Under the pieces are notes generated by a model. It worked only from the letters and a program-made list of their open reading frames with translations, made no database searches and was not told the DNA's origin. Both the position numbers and the translations under genes were made by a program. Below are positions 45,722 to 55,450 of a stretch of DNA of 64,000 nucleotides, in pieces. The stretch comes from a virus (Duplodnaviria > Caudoviricetes). The stretch is from IMG/VR virus record IMGVR_UViG_3300027983_002388; one strand, 5' to 3'. Numbering within the stretch: the first letter of the stretch is position 1; each line of letters begins with the position of its first letter.

Positions 45722-46279
45722 ATGGACGCAAAAAAAGTCTTGGTTGCTGTGTTACTTCTCGTTGGAGCCGGTGCCTTGTATGTCAAATTCGGCAAACACA
45801 TTGTTGCGCCAGTCAAACCACCAGTAGAGATGAATGATCCCATCATTACTCCACCAGTTGCGCCGCCTGTAGTGCCAGACGTGGCGAAGCCACCTATTAT
45901 ACCTGAAATACCTGAAATATCTGAAATACTGGCCAGCTTCAGCAATTATCAAGAAGCCATAGCAGCAGCAAAAAAGCACAACCGACCATTGTTCTTGTAT
46001 TTTGGTGCCGAGTGGTGTGGCTGGTGCAAGAAGATGAAAGAAACACTTTCCAGTCCAGAAGTCAAAGACAAGCTAGGCAAGGAATATGTCACTTGCCTCA
46101 TTGACACCGACAAAGATCGTGCAACCGCCAGAAAATACAAAGTCTCAGGCATCCCGGCCTATATGGTCGTAGATGGCTCTGAGACTGTTGTGATTCGAGA
46201 TTCTGGGTTTAAGAGCAAAGACGACATGCTGGTTTGGTTGCGACCAAAGAATGTATCTTTGCTTGAGCTTAAAGACTAA
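45722..46279 (+). CDS. Membrane-anchored thioredoxin-like protein
   Basis: TM helix, Pro-rich linker, FGAEWCGWCKKM, SGIPA. Confidence 0.85.
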   Translation: MDAKKVLVAVLLLVGAGALYVKFGKHIVAPVKPPVEMNDPIITPPVAPPVVPDVAKPPIIPEIPEISEILASFSNYQEAIAAAKKHNRPLFLYFGAEWCGWCKKMKETLSSPEVKDKLGKEYVTCLIDTDKDRATARKYKVSGIPAYMVVDGSETVVIRDSGFKSKDDMLVWLRPKNVSLLELKD

Positions 46280-46617
46280 GCTGCTTTATTTTCTTGTAGT
46301 TTTTCGTACAACACTTCCTCGGTGGCCTCTAAAAGATCATCGAGACGATTTCGTGTATAGAACTTGCCTTTAATGCCACGAGTGTTGTAGACCTTATATC
46401 CAAGTTCAGTCAATGTGCCGAACACCTTCTCATGGGAGGGGTCCGGCATTTTTTCATTCAACCCCAAGGCGATTGCCAAGGGACAAAACTTGCCGTCTTC
46501 GTAGTTGTAAGTATCCAGGACCATTGGATCGGGATGCAGAAACACTCGCAGCAATTCCTCTACGTTCAATTGACGCAGGCCATTCTTGAGTCCAGTCTTG
46601 CGAGCATCTTCACACAT
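46276..46617 (-). CDS. Hypothetical protein
   Basis: ORF track. Confidence 0.65.
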   Translation of the reverse strand: MCEDARKTGLKNGLRQLNVEELLRVFLHPDPMVLDTYNYEDGKFCPLAIALGLNEKMPDPSHEKVFGTLTELGYKVYNTRGIKGKFYTRNRLDDLLEATEEVLYEKLQENKAA

Positions 46618-46626
46618 TTCATTTCC

Positions 46627-47196
46627 TTACTGGAGATAACTAAGGTCAATTTCAGGAGTGGGCTTTGGCTTGATTAAAATCCATTTATCATGCAATTCAA
46701 AAAAATAACCTTGACCAACACATGGATCAAAAAAAGGTTCTTTTTCCCCATTTCTGTTTCTAGGTCGGCATATTATTATCCTAGATTTCAAAACAATCGC
46801 ACGCTTGATGATAAAGGCTCTTTTGAAATCACCACCAATCATCATATGATGAGTAACCATTTCCCTAGTGGCAGAGCCTCTTTTGCGATATGGGAAGTGG
46901 GCCGTTGAATAAGGAAAAGGGAACGCTTTTTCAAGCCATCCCATTTTTTGGTTTGGATGATCTTCAAACCAAACGGTTCCCCAATCTTCCTTGACTTCTA
47001 CTTCAACGATTATCCTTTTTCCATCTTTCCACGCTTCTAAATCAAATATGTTAACAAACCCATTTAGCCATTCTTTGTTTTCTTTAATGTTAGTATAACC
47101 CATTCGCTCCAACAATTGAATGGCAGCTAGTTTACCGGGTCTATCATATTTATCGTTTACTATTTGTTCAAACGGCTTGTCGTTAGCTTGTGTCAT
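46627..47196 (-). CDS. Hypothetical protein, possible PD-(D/E)XK nuclease fold
   Basis: FDLEAW...IVEVEVK. Confidence 0.5.
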   Translation of the reverse strand: MTQANDKPFEQIVNDKYDRPGKLAAIQLLERMGYTNIKENKEWLNGFVNIFDLEAWKDGKRIIVEVEVKEDWGTVWFEDHPNQKMGWLEKAFPFPYSTAHFPYRKRGSATREMVTHHMMIGGDFKRAFIIKRAIVLKSRIIICRPRNRNGEKEPFFDPCVGQGYFFELHDKWILIKPKPTPEIDLSYLQ

Positions 47197-47200
47197 TCGA

Positions 47201-47968
47201 TCACCCCATCAAAATGGATTTTGCAGAAAGCAGTCTTGGAGTAGTGCAATATGTTCTTGGAGTATTTGTAACTCCAAAAGCCGCCAATGTTTCTTGATGT
47301 TCATCCCAAGGTGTTTTGCCGTTTGAAAAAACACTAGAAATAGAAACACACGGTCTGGTGTGTTCAACGCTCAGTGAGTTGATGACGCCCACATTGGACT
47401 TCTTGCTATTACTAACGATCATTGGCCAAACGAAATCTAAGCCCCATGCAGAATAAGACAAAGAAAATGTCCATAGACATGACATCATTGCTTTACGAGA
47501 AAATATTGGACACATTGGCTCAATCAAATTCATGTGTCTAATCAATATGTTTCTATTTTCAATCGGAGCTAAAGACGGATGGTTGAGATGGCCGGTAATG
47601 GAAGGTTGACATAAATCCAAATCATATAACTTGGCCATAGCAAACAACTTGTTGATGTCTTCCACTCTGATCTTCAAGTCGGGATCAGGACACATCACAT
47701 AGTTATATTTGCCAATAACTTTGAATTGTTCGCTGTAGAGCTTCACCAATGTGCGAAACTTATGTTCTTTGATTTGAAAGTAAAACTCTGGATTCCTATC
47801 TTGGAAGAATCCAGAGTCGCCCCAATTGTTCACCAGGATGTCGTAATTTCTGCCCTCGCCGAACCAAAGATCGGCGAGGTCACAATTGGTTCTGCTAAGA
47901 GGCAAGTAGACCAAACAATTATTCAAAGTCAGCCTCTTGAATTTGAATAATGATTTCCATGACATCAT
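47201..47968 (-). CDS. DUF707-like glycosyltransferase
   Basis: YNYVMCPDPDL, LDLCQPSI, IEPMCPIFS, AWGLDFVW. Confidence 0.75.
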   Translation of the reverse strand: MMSWKSLFKFKRLTLNNCLVYLPLSRTNCDLADLWFGEGRNYDILVNNWGDSGFFQDRNPEFYFQIKEHKFRTLVKLYSEQFKVIGKYNYVMCPDPDLKIRVEDINKLFAMAKLYDLDLCQPSITGHLNHPSLAPIENRNILIRHMNLIEPMCPIFSRKAMMSCLWTFSLSYSAWGLDFVWPMIVSNSKKSNVGVINSLSVEHTRPCVSISSVFSNGKTPWDEHQETLAAFGVTNTPRTYCTTPRLLSAKSILMG

Positions 47969-48173
47969 TCATCTCATCAGGGGTCATCTCAATTCCACTC
48001 TCGGCGGCATGAAGTCTTAAATCAAACTTTTCCTTATTTGACATAAGACCAACGGGCTTGCGATTGAGATTTCTCTTCAAACTGCGTAGTCTTTTAAGAA
48101 TGCCGAGAGCCTGCTTGGGCGTATATTCTTTGCCCAATTCAGCCAACCTATTGCGAAGTTCATTCTCGTTCAT
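47919..48173 (-). CDS. Hypothetical protein
   Basis: Coupled ORF. Confidence 0.6.
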   Translation of the reverse strand: MNENELRNRLAELGKEYTPKQALGILKRLRSLKRNLNRKPVGLMSNKEKFDLRLHAAESGIEMTPDEMNDVMEIIIQIQEADFE

Positions 48174-48910
48174 TGGACTTCCTCGAACTCGTGTGGGAAC
48201 ATATCTCTAAATGTACGGACAACTAAGTCCGTAATGCACGGTTTATAGAGATCAGGATCGAAATTCATTCTTTTATAATCTTCCGGCTTCAGAATTGCCG
48301 CAATATGCGGCGACATCGCAATATAGTACGGACTGATTTTGCCGAAATTAACCCAGCGAAAGATGTTGTTGTTGATGTAGGACTCCCGGTACTTTTCAAG
48401 ACTTGGACTGGCACCAAAAGTTTTGGCAAAGAACTCTTTGGTTCGCTCAAGTCCTTCGATGGCTTTGATAACGCCGGGACCAATAGGCTGGGATATTTCG
48501 GACGGTTTCGCAGAGATGGCATCATATTTTCTTTTCCATAGTTTCCACCGCTTCCAGGCTTTTTCTCCCACCAAACAATTGGTATCGATGAGAGGATGAC
48601 CTTTGCCGGTATTGATGTGTCGGAGAACATCAAGCTGCGCCCGGACATAAAAGGGATATTCTTTTTCTTCGAGTACGCCCTGTGTTTCACGAGCCAGCTT
48701 GTAGCAGACTTTGAATATCAGGGACTTCCGAGGATCGCCCTGCTTCATGGTCGTATGCTGATATTCAGGGAATACTTTACGACTTCTATCGAGCCAGAGC
48801 AAGCACAATTTATATGCTTTCGCCTCAAGTTCATCCATTTCGTAGTCAACAATTGCATCGAGACGCATATCTTTGATCTCCGGGAGTTCTTCTTTTTTGT
48901 TTTCAGTCAT
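48170..48910 (-). CDS. Hypothetical phage protein
   Basis: 246-aa ORF. Confidence 0.75.
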   Translation of the reverse strand: MTENKKEELPEIKDMRLDAIVDYEMDELEAKAYKLCLLWLDRSRKVFPEYQHTTMKQGDPRKSLIFKVCYKLARETQGVLEEKEYPFYVRAQLDVLRHINTGKGHPLIDTNCLVGEKAWKRWKLWKRKYDAISAKPSEISQPIGPGVIKAIEGLERTKEFFAKTFGASPSLEKYRESYINNNIFRWVNFGKISPYYIAMSPHIAAILKPEDYKRMNFDPDLYKPCITDLVVRTFRDMFPHEFEEVQ

Positions 48911-48954
48911 TTTACCTCACATCTAAATGGTAGCCAAGCCCAATATATAAATCC

Positions 48955-48984
48955 ATGAACTTCAGAGAATGGCTCTCACAATAG
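48955..48984 (+). pseudogene. 9-aa stub of a CTS-family gene (MNFREWLSQ*)
   Basis: ATATATAA 4 nt upstream; stop after 9 codons where the antisense oxidase fragment begins. Confidence 0.55.
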
Positions 48985-49924
48985 CAGAATAATCAGTTTG
49001 ATCCTGACCTTCTGTGCCATTCCAAGTTTCATTGATTTTTCTATCACCCTTTGCATTCTGCGACACATTTTTGTCGATCCAATATTTGCTCTCAACTGCC
49101 GAGAGATGCTTAATATTCATGCCCATTTGCGGAGCAAAATCAGCAGGCAACTCTGGCGTGAAACAAATCGTAGACCACAATGAAGGAGGAATTGCCAATA
49201 CGACAATATCAGCTTCGTGGATCGAACCATGAGCATCAACAACAACGACGGATGGCTCGGTGATGATGTGAACTACGGGGCAATTCAAGATCAATCGAGT
49301 GCCTAATTTTTGAGCAAACTTCAAAGCGAATTGCTGATTGCCGCCCTTTGTGCGATAGCTCTCTGTATCGGCCCAAAATTTATCGAAACCACCGCCTCTG
49401 ACGAGTACGATATTGCCCAACAAACTTTGTTTATCGGTAGAGACGCCGTTGTCACTTGACACTTGAATATCAAACAAATATTTGGCAATAGACGAAGCAT
49501 CTTGAGTGTGAATCCACTCTCGCATGGATATATTGTCCAAATATTCAGCTTGTGGCGACAGCCAAGGTTGATTTACGTCTATGTTTTCAGCCAATACCGA
49601 TAATGCAATTTGCATTTTGAATATTTCTGATTTGATATTTTCGTATTCACCTTGCGTCAACTTTTGATTTTGCAAAATGATCGGCGTTTCCGCTTCACTA
49701 TCTTCGGCAAGGAGAAACTCCAAACCAAATTCACGAGCGTATTCGATCAAGCAATGGTGATGAGAGCCAATAAGCTCTCCACCGAATTCGACGTTCATGC
49801 CAGAGATGAAATCGTCTCGACTGTATACTCGGCCACCAACTCGATTACGAGCTTCCAAGATTTCGACAGTGTGACCAGCGGTCATAAGCTCGTATGCACA
49901 AGCAAGACCGGAGAATCCTTCCAT
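48962..49924 (-). pseudogene. Flavin-dependent amine oxidase fragment (both ends missing)
   Basis: GFSGLACAYEL...EARNRVGGR, FGGELIG, GGNQQF, ADIVVLAIP; no first Rossmann strand and no C-terminal FAGE motif. Confidence 0.75.
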
Positions 49925-50226
49925 AGTAAAAAAATAACACTACCGTATTTATGCGCAACAACCAAACTATAACAAAAAACAACGATGCGAATGAATGGAA
50001 GCGGTAAAAATACACGAAATCAGGCTTGATCTGCATGAGCTTCAGGTCTAGGATATTCACGTTCGGTGAAATAAGCGTGTCCAAATAACCGAACATAAAA
50101 CCTAAAAAGGCATACAGGTAATCGCTGTCGAGGGTAAAACTTCTTCAGATTTCGGAAAGCCTTAGACACTACAGCCCCAATACCCCAGATTGGTTCGAGG
50201 GCCTGATTTACTGGATAGGGTTTCTT

Positions 50227-50550
50227 CCTCAACAGAGGTCTTAGGTGGCAATGGGCCGACGTGTAGCGGCTAATCGGAGAGCAATCTCCGAGGATTGAAA
50301 AGAGCTAGGATTCAACACCCACCAACGGCGTGCCTCGTCGCTCAGATAAATCGAGGCTGGGATAAATCACAAAGAAACCGATATAATCCGCTGAACCTAT
50401 ATTACGCCTACCCGGAAGGGTGAGTGTAAATCAGAAAGAGCTTAGAGCTAACTTATTGTTGGGATTACAGCCGACTTTTCGGCTATTGTATAAGTGACTA
50501 ATTTCAGTTACTTCTACAATAGATAATCCCAATAATAAGAAGGCTCTTTT
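50227..50550 (+). ncRNA. Candidate structured non-coding region upstream of the polA-like gene
   Basis: Multibranch GGTGG/CCACC, CGGAGA-GCAA-TCTCCG, CCC-GGAA-GGG, and a 16-bp stem enclosing two hairpins. Confidence 0.4.
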
Positions 50551-50620
50551 TGTATTATAAACTAATTTACAAGAAGCGCTTGTTGTACAACAAACAAAGA
50601 GGCAACGTGACAGAACAGTC

Positions 50621-50649
50621 TTGCAATCAAAGGGTTTGCGTCTTATACT
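50621..50649 (+). promoter_or_regulatory. Sigma70-like promoter
   Basis: TTGCAA-N17-TATACT. Confidence 0.7.
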
Positions 50650-50710
50650 TAAAATGAAATGTGCCTCCCGTTGGCACGCACGCACGCACTAAACCGCATG
50701 ATTGAGGCAC

Positions 50711-52021
50711 ATGGATCACTCTCAACTGGCAAAGGCTCTATCAGATTCGATGGGGCCAAATGTGTATATCTGTTGTAAGCCGGAAGTTCTTGACTTCACG
50801 GATCGGGTAGTTGTTCCTGAACTGCAAATATTCAGCCAGAGTGGGCTAGTCACGATTATGCTCACGGATGAAATATTGCCGATGCTTTTGCCTATGCTTC
50901 GATTGAGCGTATTTGGCAAGGGCAACAAGATTGTCACTTGGAATTGGAAGAACTTTGTAAGTTTCGTTCTGGCCAAGACTGGCAAGTCGTATTCCATTGA
51001 TGGGGCTATTATCGACTTGAAGATAATCGAAACTTATTGTGGGCGCAAGTTCAAAGCTCCCAAAACACTGATCGAGGCCATGAACAGGTTGAAAGATTTA
51101 ATCACCACAGGTATGTGGAAAGAGGTTGAGTCTGTATATCGCAAGGTTCATATTCCCCTCATCACCACGGTTATCCCGCATCTTGAAACCACAGGTATTC
51201 TCAACACTCAGTTGGGCAATAAGGTTTATGCCTATTACGAGATCAATGGCCAGGAGAATGGCCGTCTGAAGTGTTCTGGCGAGTATCAGCAGGGCTATGT
51301 GCCGCACGCCATGAAGCCAGAAACGAGGCAAATTCTAAAGCCTCGCACAGCCGATGAGTTGTTCATGGTCTTTGACTACAAGGGCATGGAAGTCTTCATG
51401 TTGGCTTGGATGAGCCAAGACCCGCTCTTGATGGAGCTTTGTCGTGAACCGGATGTTTATTTTGCCTTGTTCGAGAAGATTACCGGCAAAAAGTGCGAAG
51501 GAAAAAATGATCGTGAAATGGCGAAAAAATTCTTTCTGCCGGTTATATATGGACAGTCGGCTTATTCATTAAGTCAACGCTGCGGTGTCGCTTTAGATCT
51601 CGCAGAGATTATTACAGAACGCATTGACGCTTTGTTTCCGGCTGCTTTGGCCTTCATCGAGGGTTATCAGAAGCAGCTTCAAGAACTCGGATATGCCAAA
51701 GACATATTTGGCAAACGCCGCTCTAGCTTCGAGGAAGGCAAAGAATATTCTGTCAGAAATTTTGCAGTTCAGTCACCAGCATCCGTTGTGTGCCTGGAAA
51801 AGTTAGCCCACCTATATTTCGCCCTCAAAGATAAAACCGATCTCGCCTACACCGTCCATGACGGTTACGCTGTGTATGCAACGAAGGAGAACTGGAAGAC
51901 CATATACAAAATTGGTCGTGATGTTCTTACTGGCGATTCCGATTTTTGTCCCGGTTTACGACTTAGAGTAACTTGTCGTGCCGGTCGCAATCTTGATGAC
52001 CTGAAGTTACTCCGCACCTAG
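50711..52021 (+). CDS. Divergent family A DNA polymerase-like protein
   Basis: FDYKGMEV (motif A), REMAKK..LPVIYG (motif B), NFAVQS, VHDG (motif C). Confidence 0.8.
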   Translation: MDHSQLAKALSDSMGPNVYICCKPEVLDFTDRVVVPELQIFSQSGLVTIMLTDEILPMLLPMLRLSVFGKGNKIVTWNWKNFVSFVLAKTGKSYSIDGAIIDLKIIETYCGRKFKAPKTLIEAMNRLKDLITTGMWKEVESVYRKVHIPLITTVIPHLETTGILNTQLGNKVYAYYEINGQENGRLKCSGEYQQGYVPHAMKPETRQILKPRTADELFMVFDYKGMEVFMLAWMSQDPLLMELCREPDVYFALFEKITGKKCEGKNDREMAKKFFLPVIYGQSAYSLSQRCGVALDLAEIITERIDALFPAALAFIEGYQKQLQELGYAKDIFGKRRSSFEEGKEYSVRNFAVQSPASVVCLEKLAHLYFALKDKTDLAYTVHDGYAVYATKENWKTIYKIGRDVLTGDSDFCPGLRLRVTCRAGRNLDDLKLLRT

Positions 52022-52028
52022 AGGACCA

Positions 52029-52586
52029 ATGTTAGACATTTGCATAAATTACAGTATCAACGAAGAAGAGTACCTAGAGCTTGAACATCGTTTCGGTCGT
52101 CTCTGTTGGCACGCCGCTCACGAACTCAAGAAAAAGAACTCTCGCAACAACTACACCGATGATCCCGAAGATATTAAGCAAGAACTCCAGATGTCTATGC
52201 TTCGGGCCGGTAGCTATTACAAGCGACAGATATACATTGAAAAATGTCTTGCCGTTACAAAAAAATATGCTACTGACCCTCTCATGCAACATATCATAGA
52301 AGAGTTAGAGAGCTTATGGGCGAACCGAACTCGACATGGCGCAAATCGCCAAAAGTTTGGGACGTTTCAAGAGCAGCTACTCCAAAAAATCGTTCGGGAG
52401 ATTGTCCCGAAGGATGAGCGGCCCAATAAGAAAGAAAACTTGAAGATCGACGCCAAGTTTGCTACTTATTGCAAAGCTATTGTTTGGAATGGCCAGAAAA
52501 GCATGGGCAAAAAGATAACCAGAGAGAAAGCAATCCGATCTGGCCAAGTAAGCCTTTCCGAATTCGATTACTTGGGTACGGTTTGA
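52029..52586 (+). CDS. Possible sigma-factor region-2-like protein lacking region 4
   Basis: EDIKQELQMSMLRA...KFATYCKAIVWN...REK..VSL. Confidence 0.4.
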   Translation: MLDICINYSINEEEYLELEHRFGRLCWHAAHELKKKNSRNNYTDDPEDIKQELQMSMLRAGSYYKRQIYIEKCLAVTKKYATDPLMQHIIEELESLWANRTRHGANRQKFGTFQEQLLQKIVREIVPKDERPNKKENLKIDAKFATYCKAIVWNGQKSMGKKITREKAIRSGQVSLSEFDYLGTV

Positions 52587-52738
52587 TCGGTTTCTAATAT
52601 GAAATAGGGAACGGTGTAGTCTGTCGCCGAAGGCATACAACTTGATAGTTATAGATAGATAGATTTTGTTTTTTGATAAAAAACATGCTTTAGTAATGCG
52701 ACACGCTGTTTCCTATTTCTTTTTTATAAAGTGTTCCG

Positions 52739-53308
52739 ATGGAGTTGAATTCAGTAAGAGCCAAAATAACAACTGGATACGGCGATGATGGATGGACTCA
52801 TGCTGGAATCCATAAACAATGTTCAAAAGACGATCTTGTTATTGATACCGTGGGTGACCTGGATGAACTTAATTGTTGGTTGGGTCGCACTAGAGAGTTA
52901 CATCCACAATTCGATGAGGAATTGAAGACGATCCAAGGCAAGATTTTTGAGCTTGGTGTATTTGTCATTCAATATCGACTTTCATTATCTCTTGAAGATG
53001 TCCGTTGGTTGGAAATCAAGTCTTTAGAACTCGAAAAACACCTGCCTGACCTCAAGAACTTCATTCTTCCTCATTATCCATCCGAAGTTCACATTGCACG
53101 AGCGGTATGTCGTCGTGTAGAACGTAAGCTCTGCTCTTTCATGCGTAAGGATGGTGCGCAGAACGATTTTATCGTGCAGAACGATTTCATCGTGCCTTAC
53201 ATCAATCGCTTGAGCGATTATTTGTTCATTATGGCTCGCCATATCTGTCATACGGCAGGTAAGTCAGAGACTATTTGGCAAGGCGAAAAACCGGAGGCAA
53301 GTAAGTGA
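52739..53308 (+). CDS. ATP:cob(I)alamin adenosyltransferase (PduO-type)
   Basis: TTGYGDDG, GDLDELN, HIARAVCRRVER, YINRLSDYLFIMAR. Confidence 0.9.
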   Translation: MELNSVRAKITTGYGDDGWTHAGIHKQCSKDDLVIDTVGDLDELNCWLGRTRELHPQFDEELKTIQGKIFELGVFVIQYRLSLSLEDVRWLEIKSLELEKHLPDLKNFILPHYPSEVHIARAVCRRVERKLCSFMRKDGAQNDFIVQNDFIVPYINRLSDYLFIMARHICHTAGKSETIWQGEKPEASK

Positions 53309-53805
53309 AAAATTATGTCATCGTTCATGCTCGACATCCTGATGGGAAAATTTTGTTGGTCCTCAAGGACCGTCCCGAATGGCAAAAGGGTCGATTGAAT
53401 CTTGTCGGTGGCAAAATTGAAAAAGGCGAGACGCCGGGTCATGCCGCCATGCGAGAGTTGCAAGAAGAAGCCGGACTAATTGGAATCTCACCAGAATACG
53501 GCACTCCAATTATTCCCAAGTTGTGCGGCGCAATCAAGGGAGTCGATTGTGTTGTTTATTGTTTTTCTGTGGATGTAAATGAAAAAATAATCAAGCCACG
53601 AGAAGGCGAGACTGAAAAAGTTGATTGGTATTCTCTGGATGTGCTTGACGATTCAAGGCTTATGCCTAATTTAAGGCTTGTAGTTCCACTGTTGCAAATG
53701 GGCGTCACGGATTGGGTTATTACCGATCACAAGTCGTCTTTGGGTGTACCAACTCATGAGGTTATGGTATCCTTGGGGATAGATAAACCTTTTGTAAATG
53801 GATGA
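53305..53805 (+). CDS. NUDIX hydrolase
   Basis: GGKIEKGETPGHAAMRELQEEAG. Confidence 0.92.
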   Translation: MKNYVIVHARHPDGKILLVLKDRPEWQKGRLNLVGGKIEKGETPGHAAMRELQEEAGLIGISPEYGTPIIPKLCGAIKGVDCVVYCFSVDVNEKIIKPREGETEKVDWYSLDVLDDSRLMPNLRLVVPLLQMGVTDWVITDHKSSLGVPTHEVMVSLGIDKPFVNG

Positions 53806-53811
53806 CATTAC

Positions 53812-55359
53812 ATGCGTGATCTGACCCCAGAGGAGCAAGCGAAACTTGAAGCGATTTCCGACCCACAGGCTAATGCCAAAGTAAAATTTGCCTGGGACGA
53901 CACCTTTCAGCGAAAGCTGATGGGAATGTTGTTGACCGACCAATATATGCTCATCCAAGCAATGGATAAGCTAGAGTCGGGATACTTCAGCAACGAAGCA
54001 CACGTTTTGATTTGTGATATATTGTTGAAGCATTTTGCCGTTCATAAGGCAATCCCTGAAAAATGGATCATTGAAAATGATCTCAAAGAAAAACTTAAAG
54101 ACCGTGACGCCAGTGTTCAATTGCACTTCTTGGCAGAACTCCATTCTGTTTATGACTACTATGTTCCCGGTTTAGAAACACGGGAATATTTGATTGATAA
54201 AATCACGTTTTTTGCAAAAGTACAAGCTGTAAAAAAGGCATTTGGTACGTCTCTCGAACTGATGGCAGAAGCCCCTGAGTCTGAAAAAACCTGGGCTGCT
54301 GTTTATGAAGAAATGCGAAAAGCAATGCTTATCGACCGGAGTTATGAGCCGGGCGTTGAATACTTCATGAACTTGGATGAGATGTTTTTAAGAATGGATC
54401 AAGTCTTTGAAGGCAAAGATAGATTCACTTCTGGTTTCGCTCCCATTGATGAAGCACTCACTGGTGGCGGGCTATTCAACGGACAGATCGCTTCGTGGAT
54501 TGGATTGCCCGGAACAGGTAAATCACTTGCGCTTGTGCGTGGGGCCGTTCAGAATGTCATTCTGGGGCATAAGGTTCTCTATCTCACGATGGAAATGGAT
54601 GAGCTTGGCATCATGCAGCGATTCACATCGCAGTTCGCCAAGTTGGACATCAATAATCTGCGTGGCGTCAAAGACGAAGTATATCGCACAGTAGAGGAAT
54701 TTAAGAAGGGTTGGGACGATCCCAACTTACTTCACGTCAAGCAGTTCCCTGGTGGCGAAATGGATGTGAACGGCATCCGTGCATATATCGCTCAACTCGA
54801 ACTACGAAAATTCAAACCCAACTTGGTCATTATTGACTATGTTGGCGAAATGAAAGACGACCCGAATGTCAAAAAATATGAATCGGCATATAAAATCCTT
54901 CGTGATTTGCGTGGTTTTGGTGTCAGCCGTGGGCATTGCACTATGACTTGCGTACAACCGAACGCTTCAGCGGCAAAACTTGAAGTAGGCCAATATATCG
55001 ACGAGTCTAACATCGGCACTTCGTTTGACCAGTTCAAGCCTTTGGATGCTTTCTGGAGCATCAACCAGCAGGTTATCGAGAAGGATGCTGAAGTCGGTCG
55101 AGTGTTCGTCATCAAACATCGTAATGGTCGCTCAAGATTTCCATTTAAGATCGGCTTTGACTATAAGCTGGGAACGCTGGATATGTTCTCTATCTCGAAG
55201 GAGAGTTATCGAGAACGCATGAATCTGGTTCAGGAAAAGAAGGCTGATGAAGTCACGATGGACAACATTGATACTGGTGCGCCGCAGCCTGGGAAAAAAC
55301 AAAGAAGCAAAAGAGGATTCAAAGGTGACGATCCGATGGAAGATACTTACGAGGCTTAA
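53812..55359 (+). CDS. Replicative helicase (DnaB/T4 gp41-like)
   Basis: GLPGTGKS, YLTMEM, VIIDYV, KHRNG. Confidence 0.9.
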   Translation: MRDLTPEEQAKLEAISDPQANAKVKFAWDDTFQRKLMGMLLTDQYMLIQAMDKLESGYFSNEAHVLICDILLKHFAVHKAIPEKWIIENDLKEKLKDRDASVQLHFLAELHSVYDYYVPGLETREYLIDKITFFAKVQAVKKAFGTSLELMAEAPESEKTWAAVYEEMRKAMLIDRSYEPGVEYFMNLDEMFLRMDQVFEGKDRFTSGFAPIDEALTGGGLFNGQIASWIGLPGTGKSLALVRGAVQNVILGHKVLYLTMEMDELGIMQRFTSQFAKLDINNLRGVKDEVYRTVEEFKKGWDDPNLLHVKQFPGGEMDVNGIRAYIAQLELRKFKPNLVIIDYVGEMKDDPNVKKYESAYKILRDLRGFGVSRGHCTMTCVQPNASAAKLEVGQYIDESNIGTSFDQFKPLDAFWSINQQVIEKDAEVGRVFVIKHRNGRSRFPFKIGFDYKLGTLDMFSISKESYRERMNLVQEKKADEVTMDNIDTGAPQPGKKQRSKRGFKGDDPMEDTYEA

Positions 55360-55450
55360 CTCCAACCGAACTCCAATTGTTTATTTCGTAAACAAAGGTA
55401 GACTTCAATCTTTGGCAATCTAAAACAACGCAATCGAAGGATGAAATGAA

